A stretch of 64,000 nucleotides of DNA from an uncultured SAR86 cluster bacterium (GTDB lineage Bacteria > Pseudomonadota > Gammaproteobacteria > Magnimaribacterales > D2472). Where the stretch lies: positions 27,385-91,384 of the forward strand of contig CACEJU010000001.1 of NCBI GenBank assembly GCA_902559885.1, written 5' to 3'. A program made the translations under genes and the position numbers. This document shows positions 9,247-19,500 of the stretch, one piece after another (the stretch's first letter is position 1; every line of letters starts with the position of its first letter). The notes beneath the pieces were generated by a model that saw only the letters and a program-made list of their open reading frames with translations, was not told where the DNA came from and made no database searches.

Positions 9247-10787
9247 ACTTTTTAAAATTAATATATCAGGTACTTAAGGCATTATATTTTTCTTTAATTT
9301 ATGGGGTTTTTAATATTATTAATGAGAGGGGAGATAGAAAATTTTTTAGTTACCTAAACCCTTTTTATTTCAAGTTTAAAAAAATCAATCATGGCAAAAG
9401 AATAGCTATGCTTCTTGAAGCAATGGGTCCAATATTTATTAAATTCGGTCAGCTATTGTCAACTCGAACAGATATTGTAACTTCTGACATCATTATAGAA
9501 TTGCAGAATCTTACAAATAACTGCGCCCCTTTTGATACAGACAAAGCATTATCAATAATACAGAAAGAGCTAAAAAATAAAGGCTCAATTGACGAATTTA
9601 AAGAAATAAAATCAAAGCCTATGGCTGCTGCATCTTTAGCCCAGGTCCATGAAGCTATATTAAATAATGACGATGAAGTTGTAATAAAAGTATTAAGGCC
9701 AAATATTAATAAAAAGGTTAAAAATAATATTGCTGCTTTAAAGTCAATTGCATCTATTTTGTCTTTAGTAATAAAAGAAAGTGATAGGTTAAAATTTAAT
9801 GAAATTGTGCTTAATTACGAGGATACAATTTTAAAAGAATTAGATCTCGGTCTAGAGGCTGCCAATACTGAGCTTACAAGATCAAATTTCAAGAACTCAG
9901 AAAAACTATATATTCCTAAGGTTTATTGGGAACTATCTTCTGAAAAGATCTTAGTTTTAGAAAAAATTGATGGCATCCCATGCACAGACATTGAAACCAT
10001 GGAAAAAATCAATATTGATAAAAAAATATTAGCCGAGAATGGGGTCCTGATATTTCTTGATCAAGTTTTTAGAGATAATTTTTTTCATGCTGACATGCAT
10101 CCAGGCAATATTTTTGTTTCGAAAAAGAATCCCAGTAATCCAAGTTATATAGCTATTGATTGCGCAATATCTGGATCTTTATCAAATACTGAAAGATTTA
10201 TGATTGCAAGGATGTTGCAATCAGTAATAAGAAAAAACTATAAAGATCTTGCAAAATTATTTATTAATTCAGGCTGGGTTCAACCAAAAACAAATGAAAT
10301 TGAATTAGAAAATACTCTAAAAACCTGTTGCGAGCCTATTCTAGAAAAACCTCTATCTGAAATCGAATTTGGAAAGCTTCTCCTAGAATTATTTGATAGC
10401 ACAAGAAAGTATGGATTAAGTATTCAACCCTCTTTAATATTACTGCAAAAAACTCTAATTCATATTGAGGGGATGGGTAGACAGATATATCCACAATTAG
10501 ACTTTTGGGGGATTGCAGAGCCATATCTTGATAGATGGCTGCTAGAACAAATTAACCCTCTAAAAATTAAAGACTTTCTGATTGAAAACAAAGACAGTAT
10601 TGCAAAAAGCTCTATTGAAATTCCAGATTTTGTTACTAGTATTTTTGATGAAATCCAGTCCTATTCTGAGCTAAGAGAAATAAATAATAGCAAACTCAAT
10701 AAAATTGAAAAATCTATAAAAAATCAAAAATACCTTACTTTGATATTTGTAATAATAGCTCTAATACTTATAATCTCGATTGAATAG
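9243..10787 (+). CDS. ubiB: ubiquinone biosynthesis protein UbiB (ABC1/ADCK atypical kinase)
   Basis: ABC1 signatures are AAASLAQVHEA and FHADMHPGNIF. A C-terminal TM segment is present. Confidence 0.95.
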   Translation: MNFLKLIYQVLKALYFSLIYGVFNIINERGDRKFFSYLNPFYFKFKKINHGKRIAMLLEAMGPIFIKFGQLLSTRTDIVTSDIIIELQNLTNNCAPFDTDKALSIIQKELKNKGSIDEFKEIKSKPMAAASLAQVHEAILNNDDEVVIKVLRPNINKKVKNNIAALKSIASILSLVIKESDRLKFNEIVLNYEDTILKELDLGLEAANTELTRSNFKNSEKLYIPKVYWELSSEKILVLEKIDGIPCTDIETMEKINIDKKILAENGVLIFLDQVFRDNFFHADMHPGNIFVSKKNPSNPSYIAIDCAISGSLSNTERFMIARMLQSVIRKNYKDLAKLFINSGWVQPKTNEIELENTLKTCCEPILEKPLSEIEFGKLLLELFDSTRKYGLSIQPSLILLQKTLIHIEGMGRQIYPQLDFWGIAEPYLDRWLLEQINPLKIKDFLIENKDSIAKSSIEIPDFVTSIFDEIQSYSELREINNSKLNKIEKSIKNQKYLTLIFVIIALILIISIE

Positions 10788-10838
10788 TAATACGCATTAT
10801 GTTTTTTAGGTTAAACTAAATCATTGGAGGTTTTGTTT

Positions 10839-10994
10839 ATGGGTTTTGGTTGGCAAGAATTACTTATAATCTTAGTCGTTGTAGCCCTAATTTTCGGGAC
10901 ATCAAGACTAAAAAATTTAGGCTCAGATTTGGGCGGCGCTCTTAAAGGTTTTAAAAAAAGCCTAAAAGAAGATTCTGAAAATAAAGAAGATTAA
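10839..10994 (+). CDS. tatA: twin-arginine translocase subunit TatA (51 aa, absent from the ORF track)
   Basis: My own translation is [57 protein letters not shown] Shine-Dalgarno lies 8 nt upstream. The TM helix followed by the FG hinge is the TatA/E signature. Confidence 0.93.
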   Translation: MGFGWQELLIILVVVALIFGTSRLKNLGSDLGGALKGFKKSLKEDSENKED

Positions 10995-10997
10995 ACT

Positions 10998-11243
10998 TTG
11001 TTCCAAATAGGCTTTTTTGAAATCCTTATAATTCTAATTATTGGAATAATTTTTGTTGGCCCACAAAAACTTCCACAAGTTATAAAGTTTTTTGTAAAGA
11101 CTTTCAGAACTATACAAAAAAATATCTCTGCTGTTAAAGATGAGATTGAATCTGAAATCAAAGTAGATGAAATTAAACAAGATATCCATAATGAGCTAAA
11201 GCTTAAAGAATTAGAAGAATTAGATAATCAAAATGGAAAATGA
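10998..11243 (+). CDS. tatB: twin-arginine translocase subunit TatB
   Basis: The TTG start gives MFQIGFFEILIILIIGIIFVGPQKLP, followed by an amphipathic acidic tail. The gene lies between tatA and tatC. Confidence 0.88.
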   Translation: MFQIGFFEILIILIIGIIFVGPQKLPQVIKFFVKTFRTIQKNISAVKDEIESEIKVDEIKQDIHNELKLKELEELDNQNGK

Positions 11244-11937
11244 TTCATTAATTTCTCATCTCATAGAATTAAGATCAAGGCTGATAAGGATTCTTGTTGT
11301 TTTTCTTGGGGTTTTTATAATTGGAATACCGTTTGCAAATGATATTTATCCTATCTTCGCAGATCCATTAATAAGGCTTTTACCTGAAAATAGTTCAATG
11401 ATTGCTACGCAGGTTAGCTCTCCATTTATGGTGCCTATAAAGCTTGTGGCGTCTCTTTCAATTTTTTTTACCATACCTTATCTTTTTTACCAAATTTGGC
11501 TTTTTATAGTTCCTGGTTTATATAAAAATGAAAAAGCTTTCTTGAGGCCTTTGTTTGTATCAACTGCTATACTTTTTTATTCAGGTGTAGTATTTGCATA
11601 TTTGGTTGTAATGCCAGTTATATTTAATTTTTTTATTAATATAGCTCCTTCATCAATACAAATAATGACTGATATCAATAGCTATTTAGGTTTTGTTTTA
11701 AAAATGTTATTCGGTTTTGGTATTGCTTTTGAGGTACCAGTGGCAACTTTTTTAGTCATCACAACAGGATTAATAACAATCGAAAAAATAACAGCTGCTA
11801 GACCTTATTTAATAATTAGCTTTTTTGTAATAGCTATGATTTTGACACCGCCTGATATTTTTTCTCAATTATTTCTTGCAATACCAATGTGGATACTTTT
11901 TGAGATTGGAATAATCTTAGCGAAGTTAAAAGGCTAG
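11233..11937 (+). CDS. tatC: twin-arginine translocase subunit TatC
   Basis: The N-terminal SHLIELRSRLI motif is present in a six-TM protein of 234 aa. Confidence 0.95.
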   Translation: MENDSLISHLIELRSRLIRILVVFLGVFIIGIPFANDIYPIFADPLIRLLPENSSMIATQVSSPFMVPIKLVASLSIFFTIPYLFYQIWLFIVPGLYKNEKAFLRPLFVSTAILFYSGVVFAYLVVMPVIFNFFINIAPSSIQIMTDINSYLGFVLKMLFGFGIAFEVPVATFLVITTGLITIEKITAARPYLIISFFVIAMILTPPDIFSQLFLAIPMWILFEIGIILAKLKG

Positions 11938-12524
11938 CCTAGTCCTAATCTTTCCTTCCAATTTTCATCCTCAGGTCTTTTGCTAGAAATAATTCTATCA
12001 ATTAAAACATTAGGCTCATGTTCTATTATCAAATCATCATAGTTTGCTTGTGAAATAAACCCTTCATTGACGGCATGTTTCATCCATCCGATTAAATGAT
12101 CATAATATCCATTAGTATTTAAAAGTCCGATTGGCTTATTAATTATCCCCAATTGGTTGCTTGCCATAATTTCTGCTAATTCATCTAAAGATCCAACTCC
12201 ACCAGGAAGTACAATAAAAGCATCTGAGTTATCCATAAAAATTTGTTTTCTGTCTAGAAGGGTTTCAGCTACTTCTAGTCGTGTAAGCTTAGGGTTGACT
12301 AATTCTAAGGCATGTAATGACTTTAGAGATATACCTAAAACGTCAACATTGTTTTCAATGCCTACATCAGAAACAACCTTCATTAGACCCACATCACCAC
12401 CACCAAAAACAATTCCTATTTTTTTGCTAGATATTATATTTGCAACCTCAATAGCTGCTTTTTTATAATTTGGGTTTGCTCCTTCATGGGCACCACAAAA
12501 AATGGATATATTCTTTATATGCAT
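11934..12524 (-). CDS. LOG-family (TIGR00730) nucleotide 5'-monophosphate nucleosidase
   Basis: The GGGDVGLM and PGGVGSLDE motifs are characteristic of LOG / lysine-decarboxylase-like proteins. Confidence 0.88.
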   Translation of the reverse strand: MHIKNISIFCGAHEGANPNYKKAAIEVANIISSKKIGIVFGGGDVGLMKVVSDVGIENNVDVLGISLKSLHALELVNPKLTRLEVAETLLDRKQIFMDNSDAFIVLPGGVGSLDELAEIMASNQLGIINKPIGLLNTNGYYDHLIGWMKHAVNEGFISQANYDDLIIEHEPNVLIDRIISSKRPEDENWKERLGLG

Positions 12525-12549
12525 CTATTTTCTCCTATTTTCTCCTATT
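12525..12549. repeat. 2.5 direct copies of the 10-mer CTATTTTCTC immediately upstream of the LOG start codon (minus strand: GAGAAAATAG x2, duplicating the GGAG Shine-Dalgarno)
   Basis: Read directly: 12525-12534 and 12535-12544 are identical, and 12545-12549 repeats the first 5 nt. Confidence 0.9.
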
Positions 12550-12588
12550 ATCTTCGATTGTCTTCTAAATTCTTTAAAATTCTTCTAA

Positions 12589-13599
12589 CTACTCTAATTC
12601 AGAACTCCATCTTCCTTCAGAAGCAAGCCTATTCATATGAGCTCTCTTAGAGAGAGCTTCTTGAGCTAATATGCTATTTTCAGGATTGCCTTTCCATGCT
12701 TTTAGTGCTGACTGTTGAAGTGCTCTTCCATAAGAAAAACTTAATTTCCATGGAAAGCCTCCCAATTTATTCATTGCATCTAATCTTTCTGTTGCTTCGA
12801 TGTCTGTTTGGCCTCCTGATAAAAAAGTAACACCAGGGAGTTCAGAACTAATATTCTCACTTAAGCATTTGACTGTTTTTTCAGCAATTTCCTGAGTAGG
12901 GGACGGATTTGGACAATCAAAACCATGGGTAATCATATTTGGTTTTAGTAATGTTCCCTTTATATTAACCCCTTCTTTATTAAGATGATTGAATAATGAA
13001 GTTAGGCATTTTGAAGAAGCCTCAAAGCATGCATCAATATCATGATCTCCATCCATTAAAACTTCTGGTTCAACTATTGGAACCATATTGTTATCTTGAG
13101 CAATCTTTGCATATTTAGCTAATGCGCTCATGTTTGCATCTATGCATTCCTGAGACGGCATATCGTCACCAATTTTTATTACCGCTCTCCATTTTGTAAA
13201 TTTTGCTCCAAGCTCATCATATTCTTTACATCTTTCATTAAGACCATCTAACCCCTGTGTCAGAACTTCTTCTGATCCTTCTTTAAAAGGTTGCAAACCT
13301 TTATCAACTTTTATACCTGGTAATGCTCCAGCTTCTGTAATAATTTCTTTTAAGAGCCTTCCATCATCAGAGGATTGTCTTAAAGTCTCATCAAATAAGA
13401 TTACTCCACCAATATTTCCTTCCATTCCTTCAGATTTAAATAACATTTCTCTGTAATTTCTTCTATTTAATTCATTGTTTTCTACATTAATTGAATCAAA
13501 TCTTTTGCCACATGTTGGATTGCTCTCGTCAGCAGCTAATATACCCTTGCCATTAGAAACAATGTATTTAGCTATGTCTTCAACATTATTTAAACTCAT
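12589..13599 (-). CDS. fba: fructose-bisphosphate aldolase, class I (Schiff-base type)
   Basis: The N-terminal GKGILAADES block and the Schiff-base lysine context TLLKPNM are present. The 336-aa length is typical of class I enzymes. Confidence 0.93.
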   Translation of the reverse strand: MSLNNVEDIAKYIVSNGKGILAADESNPTCGKRFDSINVENNELNRRNYREMLFKSEGMEGNIGGVILFDETLRQSSDDGRLLKEIITEAGALPGIKVDKGLQPFKEGSEEVLTQGLDGLNERCKEYDELGAKFTKWRAVIKIGDDMPSQECIDANMSALAKYAKIAQDNNMVPIVEPEVLMDGDHDIDACFEASSKCLTSLFNHLNKEGVNIKGTLLKPNMITHGFDCPNPSPTQEIAEKTVKCLSENISSELPGVTFLSGGQTDIEATERLDAMNKLGGFPWKLSFSYGRALQQSALKAWKGNPENSILAQEALSKRAHMNRLASEGRWSSELE

Positions 13600-13613
13600 A
13601 AAAACTCCTTTTT

Positions 13614-14762
13614 TTAACTAAGCGCTTCAATCGCAGGCAAGACTTTTCCTTCCATAAACTCTAAGAAAGCTCCCCCTCCTGTAGAAGAATATGATACACC
13701 ATCTTTATTGATAAATTTACTTATTGCAGCTAGTGTTTCTCCACCCCCAGCAACTGTATATGCTGAAGCTTTTTCTATCTCAACCGCCAAATCTCTTGTA
13801 CCCTTCTCAAAAAACTCATTTTCAAAAACTCCAAGTGGGCCATTCCATAAAATTGTTGATGCATTTTTAATTATTTCAGCCATAGCATTACTTAAGCATA
13901 GGTCAAGAATAAGGTCATCTTTATCCAACTTATCAATTTTCTTTGTCCTGATTGAGTCTCCTTCAAACGACTTAGATGTTACGACCTCTTCTGGGAGAAT
14001 AATTTTTCCTGAATTCATTAATCTTTCTGCAATATTTACCATATCTGGCTCACATAATGACTCTCCAATTTCATATTCTTTTGCAAGCAAAAAGGTATTT
14101 GCTATCCCGCCTCCTACAATTATTTTGTCTACTTTATTAATTAAATTTTCAATTAAGCCAAGTTTTGTTGAAACTTTAGAGCCACCTATTACTGCAATAT
14201 ATGGATTTTTGTAATTATCTAGGACACTTTTTAAAGAACTTATTTCTTTTTCTAACAACAGCCCTGGTGCAGAAGCTAGAGCTGATTTTATGGCACCATA
14301 TGTTGAAGCCTGTTTTCTGTGAGCAGTGCCAAACGCATCAAAAACATAAAGATCCCCTAATGTACCTAATTTATTTGATAATTTTGGACAATTTGAAGAT
14401 TCACCATTAAAAGATCTTATGTTCTCAAGAAATTGAATCTTGCCTTTGCCTTGAAAAATTTCTTTTGCTTCAAGATCATTAAATAAATCTATTTTTGTAT
14501 TGTAAATTTTTTCAAATTCTTCTTTTATTGGTCTCAGTGAATATTTGCTTTCAAGATTTCCTTCAGTTGGCCTGCCTAAGTGAGAGATTAACAAGATTCT
14601 TGAGTCTTGAGATAATAAAAAATCTATAGTTGGTCTTACAGCATCTATTCTTGTTCTATCAAGAATTTTCCCATCCTGAATTGGTACATTTAAATCAACT
14701 CTTAGAACTATATTTTTATTTTCAAGCTCTAAAGAATTGAGACTATTCATTAATTTTAGCAA
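13614..14762 (-). CDS. pgk: phosphoglycerate kinase
   Basis: The RVDLNVP, FDAFGTAHR and GGGAFLEF blocks are present. An alternative start lies 12 nt downstream at MNSLNS (14750). Confidence 0.95.
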   Translation of the reverse strand: MLKLMNSLNSLELENKNIVLRVDLNVPIQDGKILDRTRIDAVRPTIDFLLSQDSRILLISHLGRPTEGNLESKYSLRPIKEEFEKIYNTKIDLFNDLEAKEIFQGKGKIQFLENIRSFNGESSNCPKLSNKLGTLGDLYVFDAFGTAHRKQASTYGAIKSALASAPGLLLEKEISSLKSVLDNYKNPYIAVIGGSKVSTKLGLIENLINKVDKIIVGGGIANTFLLAKEYEIGESLCEPDMVNIAERLMNSGKIILPEEVVTSKSFEGDSIRTKKIDKLDKDDLILDLCLSNAMAEIIKNASTILWNGPLGVFENEFFEKGTRDLAVEIEKASAYTVAGGGETLAAISKFINKDGVSYSSTGGGAFLEFMEGKVLPAIEALS

Positions 14763-16728
14763 GAGCTTTGCTTACAACATTTTCTATATTAAAACCAAAA
14801 TGATCCAATAAAATTGCTCCAGGTGCAGACTCGCCAAATGACTCTATGCCGATAACCTCATCATTCCTATTTAAAAATTTATACCATGAGTTTGGATGGC
14901 TTGCCTCAATTACAATTGTAGGCAAAGAGTTATCGATTACAGAAGAGATATACTCTTCTCCTTGTCTTTCAAAGACATCTAATGAAGGAATAGAGGCTAC
15001 ATTTACACTAACATTTTTATCATTAAGGTTTTTAGCTGCACTCATTGCCAATGAAACCTCGCTACCAGATGCAATTAAATTAATCTGAGGGTTATCATCA
15101 CTTTTTAACAAATAGCCACCTTTTGAAATTAATGAAACTTGTTCGTTATTTCTTTCAATTGCAGGCAATCCTTGTCTGCTCAATACTAAGCATGTTGGAG
15201 TAGATGAAGATTCAATTGCAAGCTTCCATGCTATAGCTGTTTCAACCAAATCAGCTGGTCTCCAATTATCTAAGTTAGGTGTAGATCTCAAAGTAACAAG
15301 GTGTTCTATAGGTTGATGTGTTGGGCCATCTTCACCGAGCGCAATTGAATCATGTGTGTAAACAAAAATATTTGGAAGACCCATCAAAGCAGATAGTCTT
15401 ACAGCATTCCTTGCATAGTCTGTAAAAACTAGAAAAGTTGCCCCGTAAGGCTTGATGCCACCATGTAAAGACATGCCGTTCATAATTCCAGTCATACCAA
15501 ACTCTCTAACACCATAATTAATATGGTTTCCAGATGGATTTAAATTAGAAAATGTTGAGCTTGCGCTTGAAAATGTATTATTTGAGGGAGTAAGGTCTGC
15601 GGACCCCCCAACAAGCTCTCCGAGCTCAGCAACAAAAAAGTCTAGACAAACCTTTGATGCTTTCCTGGTTGCTAAGGCTCCAGTTTCTTTAGTGCAGTCA
15701 TCTAAAAACTTATCAAAATTAGCCTGAAAGTCTTCTGGAAGTTCGTTTTTAATTATTCTATTAAGCTCAATATATTGATTTGGATGCTTGTCTTTATAAA
15801 CATCCATTAATTCAAGCCATGCATCATTATTTTCTTTGCCTTGAGCTTCAGCGTTCCAGTAATCATATATATCTTCTGTAATACTAAATGGATCTAGATC
15901 CCAACCTAAAGCTGATCTTGTTTTTTCAACCTCTTCATCTCCAAGAGCGGCCCCATGCACATCTGCAGTTCCAGCTTTGGCAGGTGAACCAAAACCAATG
16001 ACTGTTTTACAGAGTATTAAAGACGGTTGCTCTACATTATCTTTAGCGGCCTGTATTGCTGCAGAAACTTCTTCCTGATTATGTCCGTCAACCTCAATAG
16101 TCTGCCATCCATAAGATTTAAATCTTTCTGCTGTGTCGTCAGTAAACCAATTTTCTATCTCTCCATCTATAGAAATTCCATTTTGATCATACAAACATAT
16201 TAGTTTTCCTAAATTATGTGTTCCTGCGAATGAGCATGCTTCGTGCGAAATTCCCTCCATAAGACATCCATCTCCTAAAAAAACATATGTGAAATGATCT
16301 ATGGGTTTAATATCTTCTTTATTAAATTTTGCAGCAAGGATTTTTTCGGCTATAGCCATTCCAACTCCGTTAGCTATACCTTGACCAAGGGGACCTGTTG
16401 TTGTTTCTATGCCTGAATTAATATCATATTCTGGATGGCCGGGTGTCTTTGATTTTAGAACTCTAAAATCTTTAATATCATCCATTGAAATAGGGTAGCC
16501 AGTTAAATGCAATAAAGAATATAGCAACATTGATCCATGGCCATTTGATAGCACAAATCTATCTCTATTAAACCAGGTTGGATTATTTGGGTTATGAACT
16601 AAATGGTCACTCCACAAAGCTTGAGCAATTTCTGCCATTCCCATTGGCATGCCTGGATGACCTGAGTTTGCCTTTTGAACAGCATCAATTGATAAAAATC
16701 TTATTGCGTTAGAGTATTTGTTTTGCAT
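14743..16728 (-). CDS. tkt: transketolase
   Basis: The N-terminal ANSGHPGMPMG block and the thiamine-diphosphate motif LGDGCLMEGISHEA are present. The length is 661 aa. Confidence 0.97.
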   Translation of the reverse strand: MQNKYSNAIRFLSIDAVQKANSGHPGMPMGMAEIAQALWSDHLVHNPNNPTWFNRDRFVLSNGHGSMLLYSLLHLTGYPISMDDIKDFRVLKSKTPGHPEYDINSGIETTTGPLGQGIANGVGMAIAEKILAAKFNKEDIKPIDHFTYVFLGDGCLMEGISHEACSFAGTHNLGKLICLYDQNGISIDGEIENWFTDDTAERFKSYGWQTIEVDGHNQEEVSAAIQAAKDNVEQPSLILCKTVIGFGSPAKAGTADVHGAALGDEEVEKTRSALGWDLDPFSITEDIYDYWNAEAQGKENNDAWLELMDVYKDKHPNQYIELNRIIKNELPEDFQANFDKFLDDCTKETGALATRKASKVCLDFFVAELGELVGGSADLTPSNNTFSSASSTFSNLNPSGNHINYGVREFGMTGIMNGMSLHGGIKPYGATFLVFTDYARNAVRLSALMGLPNIFVYTHDSIALGEDGPTHQPIEHLVTLRSTPNLDNWRPADLVETAIAWKLAIESSSTPTCLVLSRQGLPAIERNNEQVSLISKGGYLLKSDDNPQINLIASGSEVSLAMSAAKNLNDKNVSVNVASIPSLDVFERQGEEYISSVIDNSLPTIVIEASHPNSWYKFLNRNDEVIGIESFGESAPGAILLDHFGFNIENVVSKALAKINE

Positions 16729-16810
16729 TGACTGGGATCCCCTCTTGTTAATGGGATAATAATATTTTCATTGCCAAATTAATAGATTAAATTAATAAAT
16801 TTATATAAAA

Positions 16811-16885
16811 TCCTCACTCAGTGATTTTTTGCCATTTTTTGCATACTTAAACTGCTAAAAAATTTCATATTTCACCTAAAATTTT
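16811..16885 (+). promoter_or_regulatory. candidate SAM-II/SAM-V-like pseudoknot element in the metK-ahcY leader (unverified)
   Basis: The element has U6 (16825-16830), U6-GCA (16835-16843), a 9-nt loop and UGC-U-A6 (16853-16862). The second U-run pairs with the A-run as a 10-bp helix with one bulge. The first U-run is free to form U.A-U triples. It sits 23 nt before the metK ATG, and no ordinary Shine-Dalgarno is visible. Confidence 0.3.
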
Positions 16886-18034
16886 ATGAGTTATATATTT
16901 ACTTCAGAATCTGTTTCCGAGGGTCATCCTGATAAGGTTTGTGACCAAATCTCTGATGCAATTTTAGATGCATACCTTAAAGAAGATCCAAATAGCAGGG
17001 TTGCTTGTGAAACTCTTGTAAAAAACAATATGGTAATTGTTGCTGGAGAGATTACTTCATCTGGTAACCCAAATCTTGAAAAGATCATTAGAAAAACTAT
17101 TAATGAAATTGGTTATGACAAAGATGTATATGGCTTCAATGCCAATAACTGTGAAATTATTAATCATATCTCTCAACAGTCGCCTGATATTGCTCAAGGG
17201 GTTAACGAAGGAGAAGGAGAAGATCTTGGACAGGGAGCAGGTGATCAAGGCCTGATGTTTGGTTATGCATGTAAAGAAACTGATTCATTGATGCCGGCTC
17301 CTATAGATTTATCTCACAAGCTAGTAATGCAACATGCGAGACTTAGAAAAACAAAAGAGCTTGAATGGTTAAGACCTGATGCAAAAAGCCAGGTTAGTCT
17401 AATATATAGTGACGATGGTAAAAATATTGAAGGTGTTTCTGCGATAGTTTTATCAACTCAGCACGACCCAGATATCTCTCAAGAAGATTTAAAAAAAGAA
17501 GTTTTAGAAAAAATTATTACGCCTGTGATACCAGAAGAGCTAATTTCAAGTGAAACAAAAATTTTTATAAACCCAACAGGAAAATTTGTTATTGGTGGTC
17601 CTGTTGGCGATTGTGGATTAACAGGTAGAAAGGTAGAGGTTGATACATACGGAGGAATGTCTCGCCATGGTGGTGGAGCTTTTTCTGGAAAAGATCCAAC
17701 AAAGGTAGATCGATCGGCTGCCTATGCTGCAAGATATGTTGCAAAAAATATAGTTGCTTCAAATTTAGCAGATTGGTGTGAGGTTCAAATTTCATATGCA
17801 ATAGGCATTGCTGAGCCAACTTCGTTAAATATTAATACTTATGGCAGTAACCGACTGGAAAATGAAAACATTATAAAATTAGTAAGAGAGAATTTCGACT
17901 TAAGGCCAAAGGGTATTATTAAGATGTTGGATTTAAAAAAACCTATCTATAAGAATACAGCTGCATATGGCCATTTTGGTAGAGAGGATCAGGGCTTTTC
18001 ATGGGAATTGAAAGACCGCTTAAAGAATATTTAA
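16886..18034 (+). CDS. metK: S-adenosylmethionine synthase
   Basis: The [23 protein letters not shown] and [16 protein letters not shown] blocks are present. Confidence 0.98.
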   Translation: MSYIFTSESVSEGHPDKVCDQISDAILDAYLKEDPNSRVACETLVKNNMVIVAGEITSSGNPNLEKIIRKTINEIGYDKDVYGFNANNCEIINHISQQSPDIAQGVNEGEGEDLGQGAGDQGLMFGYACKETDSLMPAPIDLSHKLVMQHARLRKTKELEWLRPDAKSQVSLIYSDDGKNIEGVSAIVLSTQHDPDISQEDLKKEVLEKIITPVIPEELISSETKIFINPTGKFVIGGPVGDCGLTGRKVEVDTYGGMSRHGGGAFSGKDPTKVDRSAAYAARYVAKNIVASNLADWCEVQISYAIGIAEPTSLNINTYGSNRLENENIIKLVRENFDLRPKGIIKMLDLKKPIYKNTAAYGHFGREDQGFSWELKDRLKNI

Positions 18035-18058
18035 CATTAATAATATAAACTTACTCAC

Positions 18059-19453
18059 ATGGAAATAGATTACAAAGTTGCTGATATAAATCTTGCTGAT
18101 TTTGGCAGAAGGGAGATTTCTTTAGCTGAAAATGAAATGCCTGCACTAATGGCATTAAGGCAAAAGTATAAAGAGGAGCAACCTCTTGCGGGCGCTAAAA
18201 TAATAGGCTGTATCCATATGACAATACAAACAGCTGTATTAATGGAAACTTTGATTGATCTTGGTGCAGAATTAAGATGGTCATCATGTAATATTTTTTC
18301 AACTCAAGATCATGCGGCAGCCGCAATGGCTGCAAGAGGTATACCTGTTTTTGCATGGAAAGGAGAGACTGAAGAAGAATTTGAATGGTGTATAGAACAA
18401 ACAATCCTTAAAGACGGTGTGCCATGGGAAGCTAATATGATTCTTGATGATGGAGGTGATTTAACCTCAATGATTCATGAGAAATTTCCAACTATGCTTG
18501 ATAGCATTCACGGTATTTCAGAAGAAACTACTACTGGTGTGCATAGGCTTAAAGAGATGCTTGAAAAAGGTGAGCTAAAAGTACCAGCTATTAATGTTAA
18601 TGATTCAGTTACTAAAGCTAAGAATGATAATAAGTATGGATGTCGACACAGTTTGAATGATGCTCTTAAAAGAGGTACTGACATGCTCTTATCTGGAAAA
18701 AAAGGTTTAGTAATTGGTTACGGTGATGTTGGTAAAGGCTCCGCGGCCAGTTTGGCGCAAGAAGGCATGATAGTTTCTGTTGTTGAAAGCGATCCTATTT
18801 GTGCAATGCAAGCATGTATGGATGGCTTTGCAGTTGTTTCATGTTATAAAAATGGTGTTGTCACAGGAAAGCTTGAAGATATAGATTCAAATCTTCTCAA
18901 GCAGATTGATTTAATTGTTACTACAACTGGAAATATAAATGTTTGTGATTCAGCTATATTGCAAAGTGTTAAAAATGCAGCCGTAATCTGTAACATAGGT
19001 CATTTTGATAATGAAATTGATACAGTATTTCTCAGAGATAACTTCTTTTGGGAAGAAATTAAGCCTCAAGTTCATAGAATATTCAGGGATACTAAGCCTA
19101 ATGAGCAGCCAGATCTATCTAGCAATAATTACATCATCCTCCTGGCAGAGGGCCGCTTAGTTAATCTTGGAAATGCAACTGGTCATCCTAGTAGAATTAT
19201 GGACGGTTCTTTTGCTAATCAGGTCCTAGCTCAAATTCATCTTTATAAAAAAGCTTTTGCAAATATAAATGATGAGGATGTAAAAGCAGGCATGATTAAA
19301 GTAGAAGTTTTACCCAAAAAATTAGATGAAGAAGTTGCCGAGCTTATGGTTGCAGGTTTTGGTGGTACTGTAACAAAGCTTACTGACGAGCAAGCAAAGT
19401 ATATAAATGTTGATATTGATGGTCCTTTTAAGGATGATTCATATAAATATTGA
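18059..19453 (+). CDS. ahcY: adenosylhomocysteinase
   Basis: The N-terminal [13 protein letters not shown] block, the NAD-binding [10 protein letters not shown] motif and GHFDNEID are present. Confidence 0.97.
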   Translation: MEIDYKVADINLADFGRREISLAENEMPALMALRQKYKEEQPLAGAKIIGCIHMTIQTAVLMETLIDLGAELRWSSCNIFSTQDHAAAAMAARGIPVFAWKGETEEEFEWCIEQTILKDGVPWEANMILDDGGDLTSMIHEKFPTMLDSIHGISEETTTGVHRLKEMLEKGELKVPAINVNDSVTKAKNDNKYGCRHSLNDALKRGTDMLLSGKKGLVIGYGDVGKGSAASLAQEGMIVSVVESDPICAMQACMDGFAVVSCYKNGVVTGKLEDIDSNLLKQIDLIVTTTGNINVCDSAILQSVKNAAVICNIGHFDNEIDTVFLRDNFFWEEIKPQVHRIFRDTKPNEQPDLSSNNYIILLAEGRLVNLGNATGHPSRIMDGSFANQVLAQIHLYKKAFANINDEDVKAGMIKVEVLPKKLDEEVAELMVAGFGGTVTKLTDEQAKYINVDIDGPFKDDSYKY

Positions 19454-19500
19454 TATATATTTTTTCTAGATTTATAAAATCTTTGGATGATAATAATAAT

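Noticed and set aside
13708-14214. A 168-aa plus-strand ORF. Similar track ORFs occur at 2017-2205, 2688-2984, 3258-3506, 3736-3969, 5639-5929, 12157-12468, 14846-15088, 37319-37585, 43054-43281, 48641-48922, 50702-50974, 54199-54483, 61152-61667 and 62081-62485.
   Set aside because: All lie antisense or out of frame inside genes with unambiguous conserved products. Their translations are low-complexity (Ser/Ile/Phe/Leu-rich) with no recognisable motifs. They are shadow ORFs.
19468-19482. A hairpin AGATTT-ATA-AAATCT after ahcY as a possible intrinsic terminator.
   Set aside because: The stem is only 6 bp, almost entirely A-T, and is followed by just two T residues. It is too weak to call.
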